From Octopus bimaculoides (Eukaryota): DNA of 58,404 nt. The notes under the pieces are model-generated. The model worked only from the letters and a program-made list of their open reading frames with translations. It made no database searches and had not been told where the DNA came from. Position 1 is the stretch's first letter. Each line of letters starts with the position of its first letter. The DNA lies in NCBI RefSeq assembly GCF_001194135.2, contig NC_068998.1, positions 8,311,002-8,369,405 of the forward strand, read 5' to 3'. The position numbers and the translations under genes were made by a program. Of this stretch, positions 25,291-37,735 are shown one piece after another.

Positions 25291-27066
25291 CTGCGATAAC
25301 GAAAAAAATATTGATTAGCAAAGAAAAATTAAAATACACATTAAAAAATACTATAAATGAAACAATTTTGTATGGATTCGGAAATTTGGGCCGAAATTTA
25401 CATCCTGCTGATATTAATTCTAACACAATATACAACAAGAAATTTTTAAAAAATTATAAAATAATAATAATAATAATAATGATGATAATAATAATAATAA
25501 TAGGTATTCTTTGATTAGGATGTTGAATATATTATATTGGTATCTTATAGGCATGTCTCATTTCCACTTGCTATCCCTACTTAACTGCCTGCATTTCTTG
25601 ACTATCTCCTCTCTCAGAATATTTTTTCCTATCACTCCTTGCTTTTTACTTTCTTTCTCATTCATTTTCATTTTGTTCTTTGTCCCTCCCTCTTTCTCCG
25701 CATCGAACCTTTCTCCCTCTCTGTTCCTTTCTCTCTCTCCCTCTCCCCCCTCTCTCTCTCTCTCTCAAAATAAATTGCATGCTAATGAGGCATACGAAGA
25801 AATCCTTCAGAGTAGACGTAGCCTCAAATGAAAATTGATAGACTAGGACCAAAAACTCTGGCACATATTTGCCAAGATATCGTTTCACTCAAGTGATGAT
25901 ATGGGTGTTGATAATTAGCTCCAAAACATTTTTAATCGAGCAGATCATTACTTGTAGACCAAATTTAGATATACAGTATAGTTTAAAATACAGATGTTGA
26001 TATGGCACATCAAGATCTCTACAGGCTATTCGAATTACATTTGATTTCTTTATCTCCTTTTTCAGGAACACCTTTATTTATTGATTAACAGTTATACACC
26101 ACTTGATATTTTGTTTGATTTTTTTCAATTAAAATACTTTTATTTTCCGATGTGATAATACGTTTTCTTTTCCTTTCGGGCTAACGGTCAAATTTAGAGC
26201 GAAATCTCTGTAGTGGATCTAGACTTGTATACAATACAAATTTATCTCTTTGATTTTTCTTTTATACTTTGCTCGCTCTGTAAAATGCAAAGTTGTTTTA
26301 TGATCATAATTTGATTCTACAAATTTTATTCACACGACGTCGGTGAGCTTGATGACGTGTTACAGGACACATCAGAACTGAAGTGACAAGATAGAAATTT
26401 GACTCACTCAAGTTCTGAAATCGTAACGTTTAGAAAAGAGTCTCGAATTTACCATTATTCCTCTCACTGATATTATTACTATTACTTCCATCAAACGAGT
26501 CAGAAAGTTTATTGAAATAGAAGCCTGTTTTGCCCGACGTGGTCTTCGGACAAGATCCTGTTCAAATGCACATCACACACACACACACACACACACATAC
26601 ATTTGTGTGCGCACTCACAAACACGACAAGATCCAGTGTTTCAGCGTTTCAGATTCCATCCGTTTATCCCAAGCATGCCTTAGATAACACACTATTTAGA
26701 ACCGTTAAATCTGATTAAAATCTTGTTTCAGATATTACAAAATCATCGACGAGTTCGTGGTCATAGATGAACAATTACTACAGGCTTTATCTGTAAACTG
26801 CAATAATGAAGTAGTTATGGCACTATTGGAAAGGATAAGCCTTAATTACACGTGGATAAACATAATTATATGAATGTAATACTTGAGATATACAAAGTTC
26901 AAAGGTGTATTGTTAGTTTCACATTTATATGCATACAGACTAATTAAGGCAATCAAAATTCTACTCGATAACATTTGAATAAACAAGCATCAGAATCGCA
27001 AAATATTTCTGTGGATGAATAAATTATTAAAAGATGGATAAACACGCAATTATCCAATACTGTTAA

Positions 27067-27144
<78 letters not shown>

Positions 27145-27774
27145 ATCATTTATTAATTTACATTATTGTTATATGTATAAACTGTCTTTATTTCATATAT
27201 ATATGGCTAATTAATGTAATTTGAAGACTGATAAATAAAACGTTACATACAATATGGAACACACACACGCACATATATAAGGACATATGCATATGAAAAG
27301 ATATATTCCTTATCTATATACATACACATATTCTAGCAATATGATCGTCTCGTCAACGCAACCGTATGTTCCATTGGGAAAATATCCGTTAGCAAGGAAA
27401 AGTGAAAATCCATGTCTCTTGATCCAACAGGGCATGTTCTTTAAAAAGTGCAATATAACGGGAAAATATATTGTTTGTATTATTTCATGAAAGGAAAAAA
27501 ATGTTTCGTGTGGTTTTAATAACTGATTAAGTCTTACAAATGAAATGCCAATTCAAGAATTGTGTCCCGTAATAACATACAATTACAAGAAGTTTAAATG
27601 ACTTGTCGATATGCTCAAAATAACACCCTAAACTATCTCTAAATCAATACCCGACATCGTATGCAAAGAATAATACATTGGTCACTATGATTCCTAGTTT
27701 AATATTAAAGATATTTTTGATTGTCAGAAGTGGAATTATTTATACGTAGGAAATCGGTTCTATGAGGTACTCAC

Positions 27775-27883
27775 AAGAGAATAAAAAACACATAAATGAC
27801 CATAACATGAAGATAGAGAGGATCCATACTGTCTCTTTTCATATAGCCACAGGAGGTTAATAGACGTGAAGACGACCAAAATG
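27775..27883 (-). CDS. Candidate internal exon (F)ILVVFTSINLLWLYEKRQYGSSLSSCYGHLCVFYSL (unverified)
   Basis: Acceptor tatattctag|, donor |gtgagt. 109 nt; the phase 2 to 0 frame links 35029-35183 to 25198-25290. Confidence 0.35.
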
Positions 27884-28337
27884 CTAGAATATATATATAG
27901 AAACATATCAAATGCACACGTGGCTCACAAAGAGACACACAGACAGACAGACGGACACACACACATACATATATATATACTTATTAATGTAATAAATATG
28001 AATATATGAATGTGTAGTAGGTATTTCCTTGTGTGTGTACATATGTCTATCTGCTTATCTATTTATCTATCTATCTATTAATCTACATATGTGTGTGTGT
28101 GTTTGTATGCACGTATGCGTGTATGTATGTATATGTGGGTAAGTATGTATCTATGTGTATTTTTTACTCTTTTCCATCACGAAGAATTTTTTATTGAAAG
28201 AATTCACCCCAGTGCTATTTCTTAAAATCTGGAACTTTTTCTATTGATTTCCATATACATAGCAAGGGGACGTAAACTACGAAAACAACGCGCTTGTTTC
28301 AGTTTTCCTCGAATTTAGGCACAGGTTTGTGTGTGTT

Positions 28338-28539
28338 ATTTCTTTACTACCCACAAGGGGCTACATACAGAGGAGACAAACAAGGACAGACAAACACGGA
28401 TTAAGTCGATTATATCGGCCCCAGTGCGTAACTGGTACTTATTTAATCGACCCCGAAAGGATGAAAGGCAAAGTCGACCTCGGCGGAATTTGAACTCTGA
28501 ACGTAGCGGCAGACGAAATACGGCTAAGCATTTCGCCCG
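28338..28539 (-). mobile_element. SINE family B, gtttgtctgtccttgtttgtc...taaagaaata-type tail; head runs into a gap
   Basis: Reverse complement is very close to 57707-57945 along body and tail. Confidence 0.95.
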
Positions 28540-28637
28540 NNNNNNNNNNNNNNNNNNNNNNNNNNNNNNNNNNNNNNNNNNNNNNNNNNNNNNNNNNNNN
28601 NNNNNNNNNNNNNNNNNNNNNNNNNNNNNNNNNNNNN

Positions 28638-28703
<66 letters not shown>

Positions 28704-29298
28704 TGAATTCAATTCAACCAGTTTCTTCTCACGAGCTGTGGTCATACTGATGGGCACCACCATTTTGTATGTATGTATCGTTGTACGGACGTATATGCAT
28801 TTGTATCTACGCTTCGATACTTGTATTTACAAACTGTAAACGATATACATATGCATTGGTATAAATATATGCGTGTGCACTTGCATGTATGTGCGTGTGT
28901 TGTGCGCGCGCACGTGTTTGTACGTTTAGGAGTGCGTGTATATATAGTTTATTGACGAAGAGCCATGGCTGACTGCGGAAACCAACATTGCTCCCTTCTT
29001 TTTTACTCTAATTCTAATTTCTTTTCTTTTCTTCCTCTGATTCTTTTTCCACTTCCGAAATGTTTATCAATATTCTGAAACACTGATCTACTGACCCAGA
29101 TTTCTCTTTTTATGTATTTTCATTGTCATAGAGAATAAAATATCAGCAATTGTTTTATTTGCACTAAATTTGCTGAAACCTAAATTCATATCTCATTATC
29201 TAGTAATTAAGAATAACTTTGGAATTCTTCTTCATTTTTGTAACATACATACATACAAAGTACGCACATCTACAAAATATCACGAATGAATGTGTGCA

Positions 29299-29702
29299 TA
29301 TATATAAATGTGTAATGGTGTCTGTCTGTGTGTGTGGGGGGGGGTACTCTAAGTCCACCCACAACGTCCAACCGATTTTAATGATTTTTGGCACATAGGT
29401 AGATCACATGCCTTGAAGTTCAAATAAGGCCGGCATTTTTCGAAAACTCGATAATGCTCGGTTGGCATCTATTTTTGTGAGCTCAATCGGACGTTTGAAT
29501 GCAAAAAGACTCCGTCTCCTGCTCTGACCATTTTTCTCTGGCCGCCACACATCTGCCCATCCTGCAACAGCCTAGCGAAACAGATATAACATCTTAAAGG
29601 GGAATAGTTGGCACGGGGAACGTAGAAGCTTTCAATACAAGGTCAGAGGTAGGCTTAACTTCAACACGGAAAACACAAGCAACGCCGGGTGCAACAGCTA
29701 GT
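29299..29702 (+). mobile_element. Non-autonomous Helitron/HINE-like element
   Basis: 5' tatatataaatg + (GTCT)/(GT) microsatellite + caaccgattttaatgatttttggcacataggtag core. The 3' end gcaacgccgggtgcaacagCTAGT resembles Helitron-type termini. Confidence 0.6.
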
Positions 29703-30220
29703 ACAAACATATATAGACAAATAAGCACTATTGCAAGCAAACGTTTTCTTCTCTTTTAATTAGATATCATTCAAGTCTCCTAAATTCGTAAAGAACGGCA
29801 AAAATCATACATTTAACTGTAAGGACTAGTGTCCATCCTTCGGCTGCATATGATTGATGGGTGATAGCTAATGAGTGACGTGTCACACGCAGATTCATTC
29901 TTCTGTTTTTTCGTGACAAAATTCGACGTGTTATATCGGCAAAAAGCATTGATTATGATCTATAAGTTCTACTGCAAAGAGATGTGTTCGAATGACCTTC
30001 ACTAAATATAGCATGATAAAGAATAGAGAAAGGACACGGGGACAGCATGTTTCATGCATATTACATGCTGGAAAACTCACGCGTTTGTGTGTGTATGTGT
30101 GTAGACTAGGGAAGTGTCGTGCAATTATACACATTACTATGCCCTTGATAAAATAATCAGTATACTCTACCTTTATGTAGTGAGGGAAGTTTCAGCTACA
30201 CATTGCTTTTTCTATGTGTG

Positions 30221-30264
<44 letters not shown>

Positions 30265-31088
30265 TAGCCTGTCTGTCTGTGTCGTGGGGTGTGTGATATA
30301 AACATGTATGTATATATGTTTATATGCACATCGGCACACGGGTGCATGTACGTGTGTACATGCAGAAACAGACATGTATATTATCCATCCTTACCTGTGT
30401 ATGCGTGTACAGTTCGCATCCACAAAACAGTCCGATAGCTAAAAGCGTGCGTAGATGAGTGTTTTAGAATGTGTATACAAACATATATACATTTATACAC
30501 ACACACACACACACACACTCAGACACACACACACACTCAGACACACACACATTAGCGTATGTATATCAAATTTAGTTTCGTACATAATTTGTAGTAGTAT
30601 GACTGTTTTTTTTATTTCATATATTTTATATTGCTGTTTATATATGAACTTCGTTTGCATAACATTTTCTTTGTTGTATCTGATACTAAGCGAAAGATAA
30701 ATAAATAAACGAATTTGGAGAGAAAAACGGTGAAAAAAAAACTAACGAGGATAGAACTACATCGACAGAGAGAGAAGCAGAGACAGAGAGCTTGATATTG
30801 AGAAAACAAGAGAAAAAGAGAGAATTGTAGGGAGAGACAAGAGATAGACAGAGAGAGACACAGACAACAAAATAAAAGTGGAGCCAAAATCGATATTTCG
30901 AAAACACTTTTGTGATTATTTGTTTTAGAAATCAGTTGAAATCAATATTTCTTTTTACCCTCGAGCCAATCTATCCTCGTTTCTTCCGTTCTGTTGGCAC
31001 TTGAGAATCAGGTCATTAACGGATGCGTATTTTAGCTTTGTGTGTTTGTGAGAGTGTGTGTGTGTTTGCATATATGTATGTGTGTATG

Positions 31089-31145
<57 letters not shown>

Positions 31146-31774
31146 ATATATGCACACGTAGTTATGTATATGTTTAACGTCCGTATATACATATACATTT
31201 GTATATATATATTTCGTATATACATATATGCTTATATATNNNNNNNNNNNNNNNNNNNNNNNNNNNNNNNNNNNNNNNNNNNNNNNNNNNNNNNNNNNNN
31301 NNNNNNNNNNNNNNNNNNNNNNNNNNNNNNNNNNNNNNNNNNNNNNNNNNNNNNNNNNNNNNNNNNNNNNNNNNNNNNNNNNNNNNNNNNNNNNNNNNNN
31401 NNNNNNNNNNNNNNNNNNNNNNNNNNNNNNNNNNNNNNNNNNNNNNNNNNNNNNNNNNNNNNNNNNNNNNNNNNNNNNNNNNNNNNNNNNNNNNNNNNNN
31501 NNNNNNNNNNNNNNNNNNNNNNNNNNNNNNNNNNNNNNNNNNNNNNNNNNNNNNNNNNNNNNNNNNNNNNNNNNNNNNNNNNNNNNNNNNNNNNNNNNNN
31601 NNNNNNNNNNNNNNNNNNNNNNNNNNNNNNNNNNNNNNNNNNNNNNNNNNNNNNNNNNNNNNNNNNNNNNNNNNNNNNNNNNNNNNNNNNNNNNNNNNNN
31701 NNNNNNNNNNNNNNNNNNNNNNNNNNNNNNNNNNNNNNNNNNNNNNNNNNNNNNNNNNNNNNNNNNNNNNNNNN

Positions 31775-31835
31775 CTAATACCTTCTGAGTGGATTTGGTA
31801 GACGGAAATTGAAAACTCCCGTCTTTTATATATAT
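31775..31835 (+). mobile_element. SINE family A 3' body fragment (after a gap)
   Basis: tgagtggatttggtagacggaaattgaaa...cccgtc. Confidence 0.8.
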
Positions 31836-31836
31836 C

Positions 31837-32354
31837 CTTCTTCTTAATCCTTTTTGCACCTTGGGGAGCATAGAGCCTGAACAGTTATTTTCCACGTGTT
31901 GCAGTCATTAGCGTGTTTCTTGGGTGCTTCCCATGTCAGCCCGGTGGTCCTGAGCTCGACCAAAATGCTTCGCTTCCATGTTTGCTTCGGGCGTCCTCGC
32001 TTCCTTTTCCACTGCGGGTTCCAGTCAGGTGCTTGTCGTATCACATTTGAGGGTTCTTTCCGCAGTGTGTGTCCCATCCATCTCCATTTCCTTTGTCTAA
32101 TCTGAACATGTATGGGCTCCTGGTTGGCCCTTTCCCACCGGTTGGTGTTCGGCACTCTGTCGAACCACTTCAGAATGGAGGATCTGTCAGAAACATTTGT
32201 TGATGAAGGTCCGGATCTTCTTGTAGTTGCTGCAGGTGACTCTCCATGTTTCAGAGCCATAGCAAAGCACATATTTTTTTAACTGAGATGGCAGTGGACT
32301 TCCTTACCAGCCGAAGAATAGCGAAGGCTTGCCAAGCCTTCTTGCTTCTTGCAG
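31837..32354 (-). mobile_element. RTE-clade LINE, 3' fragment (RT C-terminal region), frameshifted
   Basis: Translates ..CYGSETWRVTCSNYKKIRTFINKC../..QIRQRKWRWMGHTLRKEPSNVIRQAPDWNPQWKRKRGRPKQTWKRS..VQALCSPRCKKD*, followed by a short aagaagaag tail. These are typical RTE C-terminal motifs. Confidence 0.92.
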
Positions 32355-32476
32355 NNNNNNNNNNATATATAAATATAAACTAACAGAGTGAGATAAAAAT
32401 CCAACGCTGTGAAAGATTTCAGAACATTTATAAATAAAAGGTCTTACATTTTATATATCCCTTCATCAGAGATGCA

Positions 32477-32670
32477 TTTCTGTTTCTGTGTTTCTACCCT
32501 CCAGCATCGCTTGACAACCGATGTTGGTGAATTTACGTCCCCCGTAACTTAGCTGTTCGGTGAAAGAACCCGATAGAAAAAGTACTAGACTTACAAAGAG
32601 TAAGTCCTGGGGTCGATTTCTCAGACTAAAGGCGGTGCCCTAGCATGGCCACAATCAAATAACTGAAAGA
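32477..32670 (+). mobile_element. SINE D module
   Basis: ccagcatcgcttgacaaccgatgttgg...gtcctggggtcgattt...ggcggtgccctagcatggccacaatcaaataactgaa. Confidence 0.9.
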
Positions 32671-34043
32671 GTATAGAAATATACATATATATTTATATAT
32701 GATGTACATATATGAATGAATGTGTGTGTATGCACGTACACACCCATATATCCATGTGTATATGTATATACAGATATACAAACATACATTCGTATATGTA
32801 CACATACATATATTTAAGTACAAGGATGTTTTTTTTAATGTATTTGTCTGAGTCTAAATGCACTACATTAATTCTGCCTCAGTTTAAGTACGTGTCTCTG
32901 CAGTTCGTATTAAACGTGAAAATATTAATATTAATATATCTGAAAGGGATAAAATAATTATTGTAACTGAATGCTCAACTTTCATCTCGTAGTGATTATT
33001 TCAGATAAGTCGTGCTTTATATATATATATATATATATCCATCTATCTATCCATGTATGTATGTGTATGTATGTATGCTTGTGCGCGCGAGTACCTGATA
33101 TATGTGTGCGGGCATACAACAGTATATCTACATGTTTGTGATCGTATATAAAAACATGTGGCCGTGTGAATGTTTGTGTGGTGATATACAAACACATTCA
33201 AACTCTATAGATTGTCAGCAAAAGAAACATTTACCCACTACGCACTCTCTAATGTTAATTTCTGTCTGACAAGTCGGGTTTCATACTATTTCGATCATCA
33301 GGTAAACTATTTTATTTCGAGGCGAGTTTATCCATATCAAATGAAAACTGGTTGCTGTTTTCTGTTTAGCTGTCGTTTCTGTTGATTAATTAGTAAATGT
33401 CATATTAAAATGTGTATATTTCTTGCAGCATTTTCCCATTCGTTACTTATTCTATCTTCAACGGTTGGTCTCCTGATTATTTGCAGTTTGTAATTTTTAT
33501 TATATTTAATCTCTGTTTATTGTCTTGTCATTGGTTTTGTTTGTTTGTAACACTTGTCTAATTTTTCTTTGTTTCTAATTCTTGTCTAAGTTTTGTTTGT
33601 TTCTAAGTCATGTCTATAATTGCCAAATTATCTTGCAGTTGTTTATTTGTTTATCGTTTTTCATTGGCTAATTAATTAGCTGTTTTGTATATTTCAACAA
33701 CTTAGAGACATCAGATTTAAAATCAAAACCTACCAATGGACTATGAAAATCGTGGTTGCCCGAGGAGTCTTATGTCGTATCTATAGTATCATTTTTTTTG
33801 GTTTATTTCATCCGGATTAAACACAATAGGAGAAGCATTAATGTAATATCATGCGATACATACCAGATGATACGATGATACGAGGACAAGTGTACTGTAT
33901 CGGAAATGTATAACATACTGCTTAAACTTATATCAACCTGCTTCAGCAAATGGATGTGCAATTCCATTGGAGTTGTGATACCGATTCTTTCAAGGTGTAG
34001 CATAACCAAAACATTCACACACNNNNNNNNNNCACACACACAT

Positions 34044-34075
<32 letters not shown>

Positions 34076-34435
34076 TTATATACGTGCATATGCATGTATG
34101 TATGTGGGGGGGGATGAATGGATGGATTTCTAGACTGCAGATTTTAACCATGATGGTAGAAATGAATTTCTTTTAAATTGAAACAAATTGAGTTAAAAAA
34201 AACACAGGCATATTTAATTCTTACTATGGGAATTAACTTCGTATCACAAGTCTTCTCAAATAGATTTTCAAAGTGACATAATAAATGGTAAATGATATTG
34301 AATAGTCTTTGTTGCAAGCTCAGGTTCAAGATTTCAATGCAACTTTAGTCTTCGTTGCCAAAGTATGTGTGAGTTCTTCATAGATAAATCTCCTGAAGAA
34401 CACTGATGTAGGATCTCTTGTATCCTGTGTTTCTT

Positions 34436-34510
34436 TCGGTCATGGGGCTGTCCCTATGCTGGGTCACCGCTTTGAAAATTTAGTAGACACTGTACTTGCT
34501 GTTTATAAGA
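34436..34510 (-). mobile_element. SINE D-module 3' fragment
   Basis: ctatgctgggtcaccgctttgaa is the reverse complement of the D end (ggcggtgctccagcatgg). Confidence 0.45.
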
Positions 34511-34780
34511 TTGATTATTTTTGGTCCAACAACTAAGTTAAGGGAACGCTAATTGGATCCTTATATATGTTATGTAAAGAAATATCTTGAAATTGAAATT
34601 ATACTGAATAAACATGAAACTCCTTCAAGAATTTACTGCTGCCTGAAAATGATCCAAATCCGAAGCGTTGAATGATTCAAAAGTATAACATACACTGCTG
34701 GTAAGCCTTATTTATTATCAGGACAAATTCGGAAACAATGCTGTTGAGCAGAAAAGCAATTATTTCCCGATTAAAATCAT

Positions 34781-34819
<39 letters not shown>

Positions 34820-35028
34820 ACAAAGATGAAATCCTTGTATCAAATGATACCAAGTGCAACCGAGGTTTTTGTATTTATTTATTCACATTAAAAGTTTTGT
34901 CCAAATTTTAAATCAACATAAATATATCGAGGATGAAATCTCTGTGTCGAACAAAATGACATTTCTTCAGTGTAGTCACAGGTTGGGTTAAAAATACCAG
35001 CCAGTGTTCCATCAACGTGTCGTCTTAC

Positions 35029-35183
35029 AAAAGGAAGTTCGCATTGAATAAAGTAGACCTGAATACAATATGTCGAGAAGACATAATCGGATTCTTTCCA
35101 ATCAGCTTGAAAGTCTTTCTCCATAGGTCTGCGTCTTCTGAGTCGGCCTGGAGCTGAACAACACCAACAACTACAAGAACAAT
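35029..35183 (-). CDS. Candidate internal exon IVLVVVGVVQLQADSEDADLWRKTFKLIGKNPIMSSRHIVFRSTLFNANFL (unverified)
   Basis: Very strong acceptor gttttttttctctctttag| and donor |gtaaga. 155 nt; two frames open; GC higher than the flanks. Confidence 0.45.
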
Positions 35184-35982
35184 CTAAAGAGAGAAAAAAA
35201 ACAGCTGTTACATAATACGACGAAAGCTCAACACATGCATCTGGTTGATGAAATGTCAGAGACATATTCTGCGATAACGGCTACTGGACAATGAGTAATT
35301 CACATTGTCTACAATATGCAGGATATTGCTTTTATCGATGGCCGTACGATTTATAAATGTTAGCCATATTGATTTTCTTCAAAAGGTCAGCTAGAGTCTT
35401 AATAACAACTGACCTCTGATAAATACCGTGACAGCTGCAGTAATAGATTTTCAACAACGACATTAGTAATACTGTGACTCCTATTTTTAAAATATGTTAT
35501 AATTGCAGATGTACAAAAACGCAGAGACAGAAGTATTAATATCAGTGTAGTAGGTGAAGGTCGATAAGCAGTCTGCGGCTTTTGAGCAATAATGACACAG
35601 AAACAATATAAATTCATATGTTCTATATAAAACGTAATTACTAAAGAAATATAATTAAATTTTGATTAATTCTATTTTTTTTTCTGTTTTAATAACTATT
35701 ATTTGCATTCAGGGCAAAACTAAAAATTTTTGAAGAAATACGAAAAAAAACCCCCGATCGATTGCACTTGTATCAATCGATGTTCTTTGATTCTTACAAA
35801 TTGAATATAATTACACTACTGTTGGACTCATCGAATAAGTGAACCAAACGAAATTTAAAACAAAATTAAAAAAAATCAAGAAAAAACAAATAGACATACG
35901 TACACACTATTTTATTACATAGCTGGACGTGTTATTTGACCAAATATAACGAAAACAAAAGGAATGTTCTCTCTCTTTCTCT

Positions 35983-36029
<47 letters not shown>

Positions 36030-36851
36030 TTAGATGATTGAAAGCTCACCGCACAGTATATCGTATAATCTATTGAAGGTCTATGGGGAAGTCTTCTGAA
36101 AATACTCCGAGATGTCTGTGAGCCCTGGATAGTATAGAGCAAACAAATGAGACTACATAACCAATTTCACATTTGTTGTTTCGGTGTATATTCGCGAACA
36201 GGACAAGCTCGATGATACTGAAGATCTCCAACGAGCTGTACGTTCCTAGCCTATACAACCACTTGCAAACACAAATCAACGACTATATTGAGAACTCTCC
36301 CAGGAAGAACGCACATCTTAGTTATGGCTGCATTTGGGAGCTGCTTTAGGAAATTCCCCCTCGAAAGGCTGTTTGTTTTATACAAGGTATAGAAGCCGCT
36401 GAAAGTAAAACTGTTGCTGCTACTATTATTGAGAAGAGCCATAGAGACAAACCTAGCAAAACCATTACCCTAAGTGCTGCTGCTTCCTACTGGCGCCTTA
36501 CAGTACCTAGTGTTAGAAGAAAAGTATGCTTTGTTTAAACAATGTCTTAGGAACTATGAGCTCCGGAGATGGACCCTAGATTTTTCTACTCCATGTTGGA
36601 AAAATAGCAAGAAAAAAGAATAGAAATTGAAAGTACTTGGGTAACGATTTTGATCCAGTTTTACAGCGATGCTAAAATTTTATGACTACAAAAATCGATA
36701 TCTCATATTTCAATCAAAATCAGAAAAAACAAGAAAATAGGAAACGAACCGTTTTCTCACAAAAGACTAAGTAGTTCTCTATTACTTAACGTACTCACAT
36801 ACTCGACATATTTAAATATATATATTTATGAACGCGTGTATCTGTCTTTGC

Positions 36852-36893
<42 letters not shown>

Positions 36894-37560
36894 GTGTGCG
36901 TGCGTGTGTGCGTGTATGAATATACGTGCACACTACATATATACGCATATATGTATATATGTTTACAGTAATACGTATTTACATAGGTATAATAATTCAT
37001 ATATATATATATATATACATACATATATATATATATATACACGTCCTGTATGTTTTATTTTAGGTATATATATATATATACACATGTGTGTGTGTGTATG
37101 TTTTCGCTCGTGTGCGGGTGTGTATAGATGCCTTTCATTATTAGCCTTCGAGTATTTTCTCATACATTATGGAGAAATGGAGGAATATTCTGTATTGTCT
37201 TCTAGCACATTACCACCAAACATTTCATTCATTAATTTTTTTCATGGACGTCAGAATGGTCATTTATTATTGACGGTAAAATTTTCGGCGTAATAAATAA
37301 CAAAAGTGAAAAGGAATAAAGAAATATCAGAAACCGAAGATATTACGTTGCAGAGAATTAGAAGAATATGTTAAAGACTATAAAAGCAAATATGTATAAG
37401 AATGGTATTTTGCTTGGATGCTTTGATGTGAAGCTGCGAAGATTGTTAAACTTGTGCATCTGCTACTATTTGAATTATAGCAACAAGACGGCCGGTGGGG
37501 ATCATCACCAAGTGGTCTCTACTCTGTGTTCCTGAGAAAGAGTAGCGGTTGTTTAGGTAT

Positions 37561-37735
37561 ATACGAGTGGCTGCTAAAAAGATCCTGGCTTTAAGGGTAT
37601 CGCGAAATGACGTGTTAGAGGCCCGTCATTCCGAGTTCTTTTACAGGGCTTAGAAAAACTGAAGGAGTTCTACAATGAGTGTGTGAATCCGAGGGGGCAA
37701 TATGTTAAATAAAATCATAATTAACTGATCTTCCT
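37561..37735 (+). mobile_element. Mariner-derived MITE / deletion remnant
   Basis: Begins TACGAG..gctgctaaaaagatcctggcttt (mariner-type TIR). The internal QGLEKLKEFYNECVNPRGQYVK* resembles the mariner C-terminus GIxKLxxRWxKCxxxxGxYVE. Confidence 0.65.

Noticed and set aside
32459-32469. CTGATGA-AGGG hammerhead 5' half on the minus strand
   Set aside because: No matching CCC-GAAAC half follows; at most a deleted remnant.
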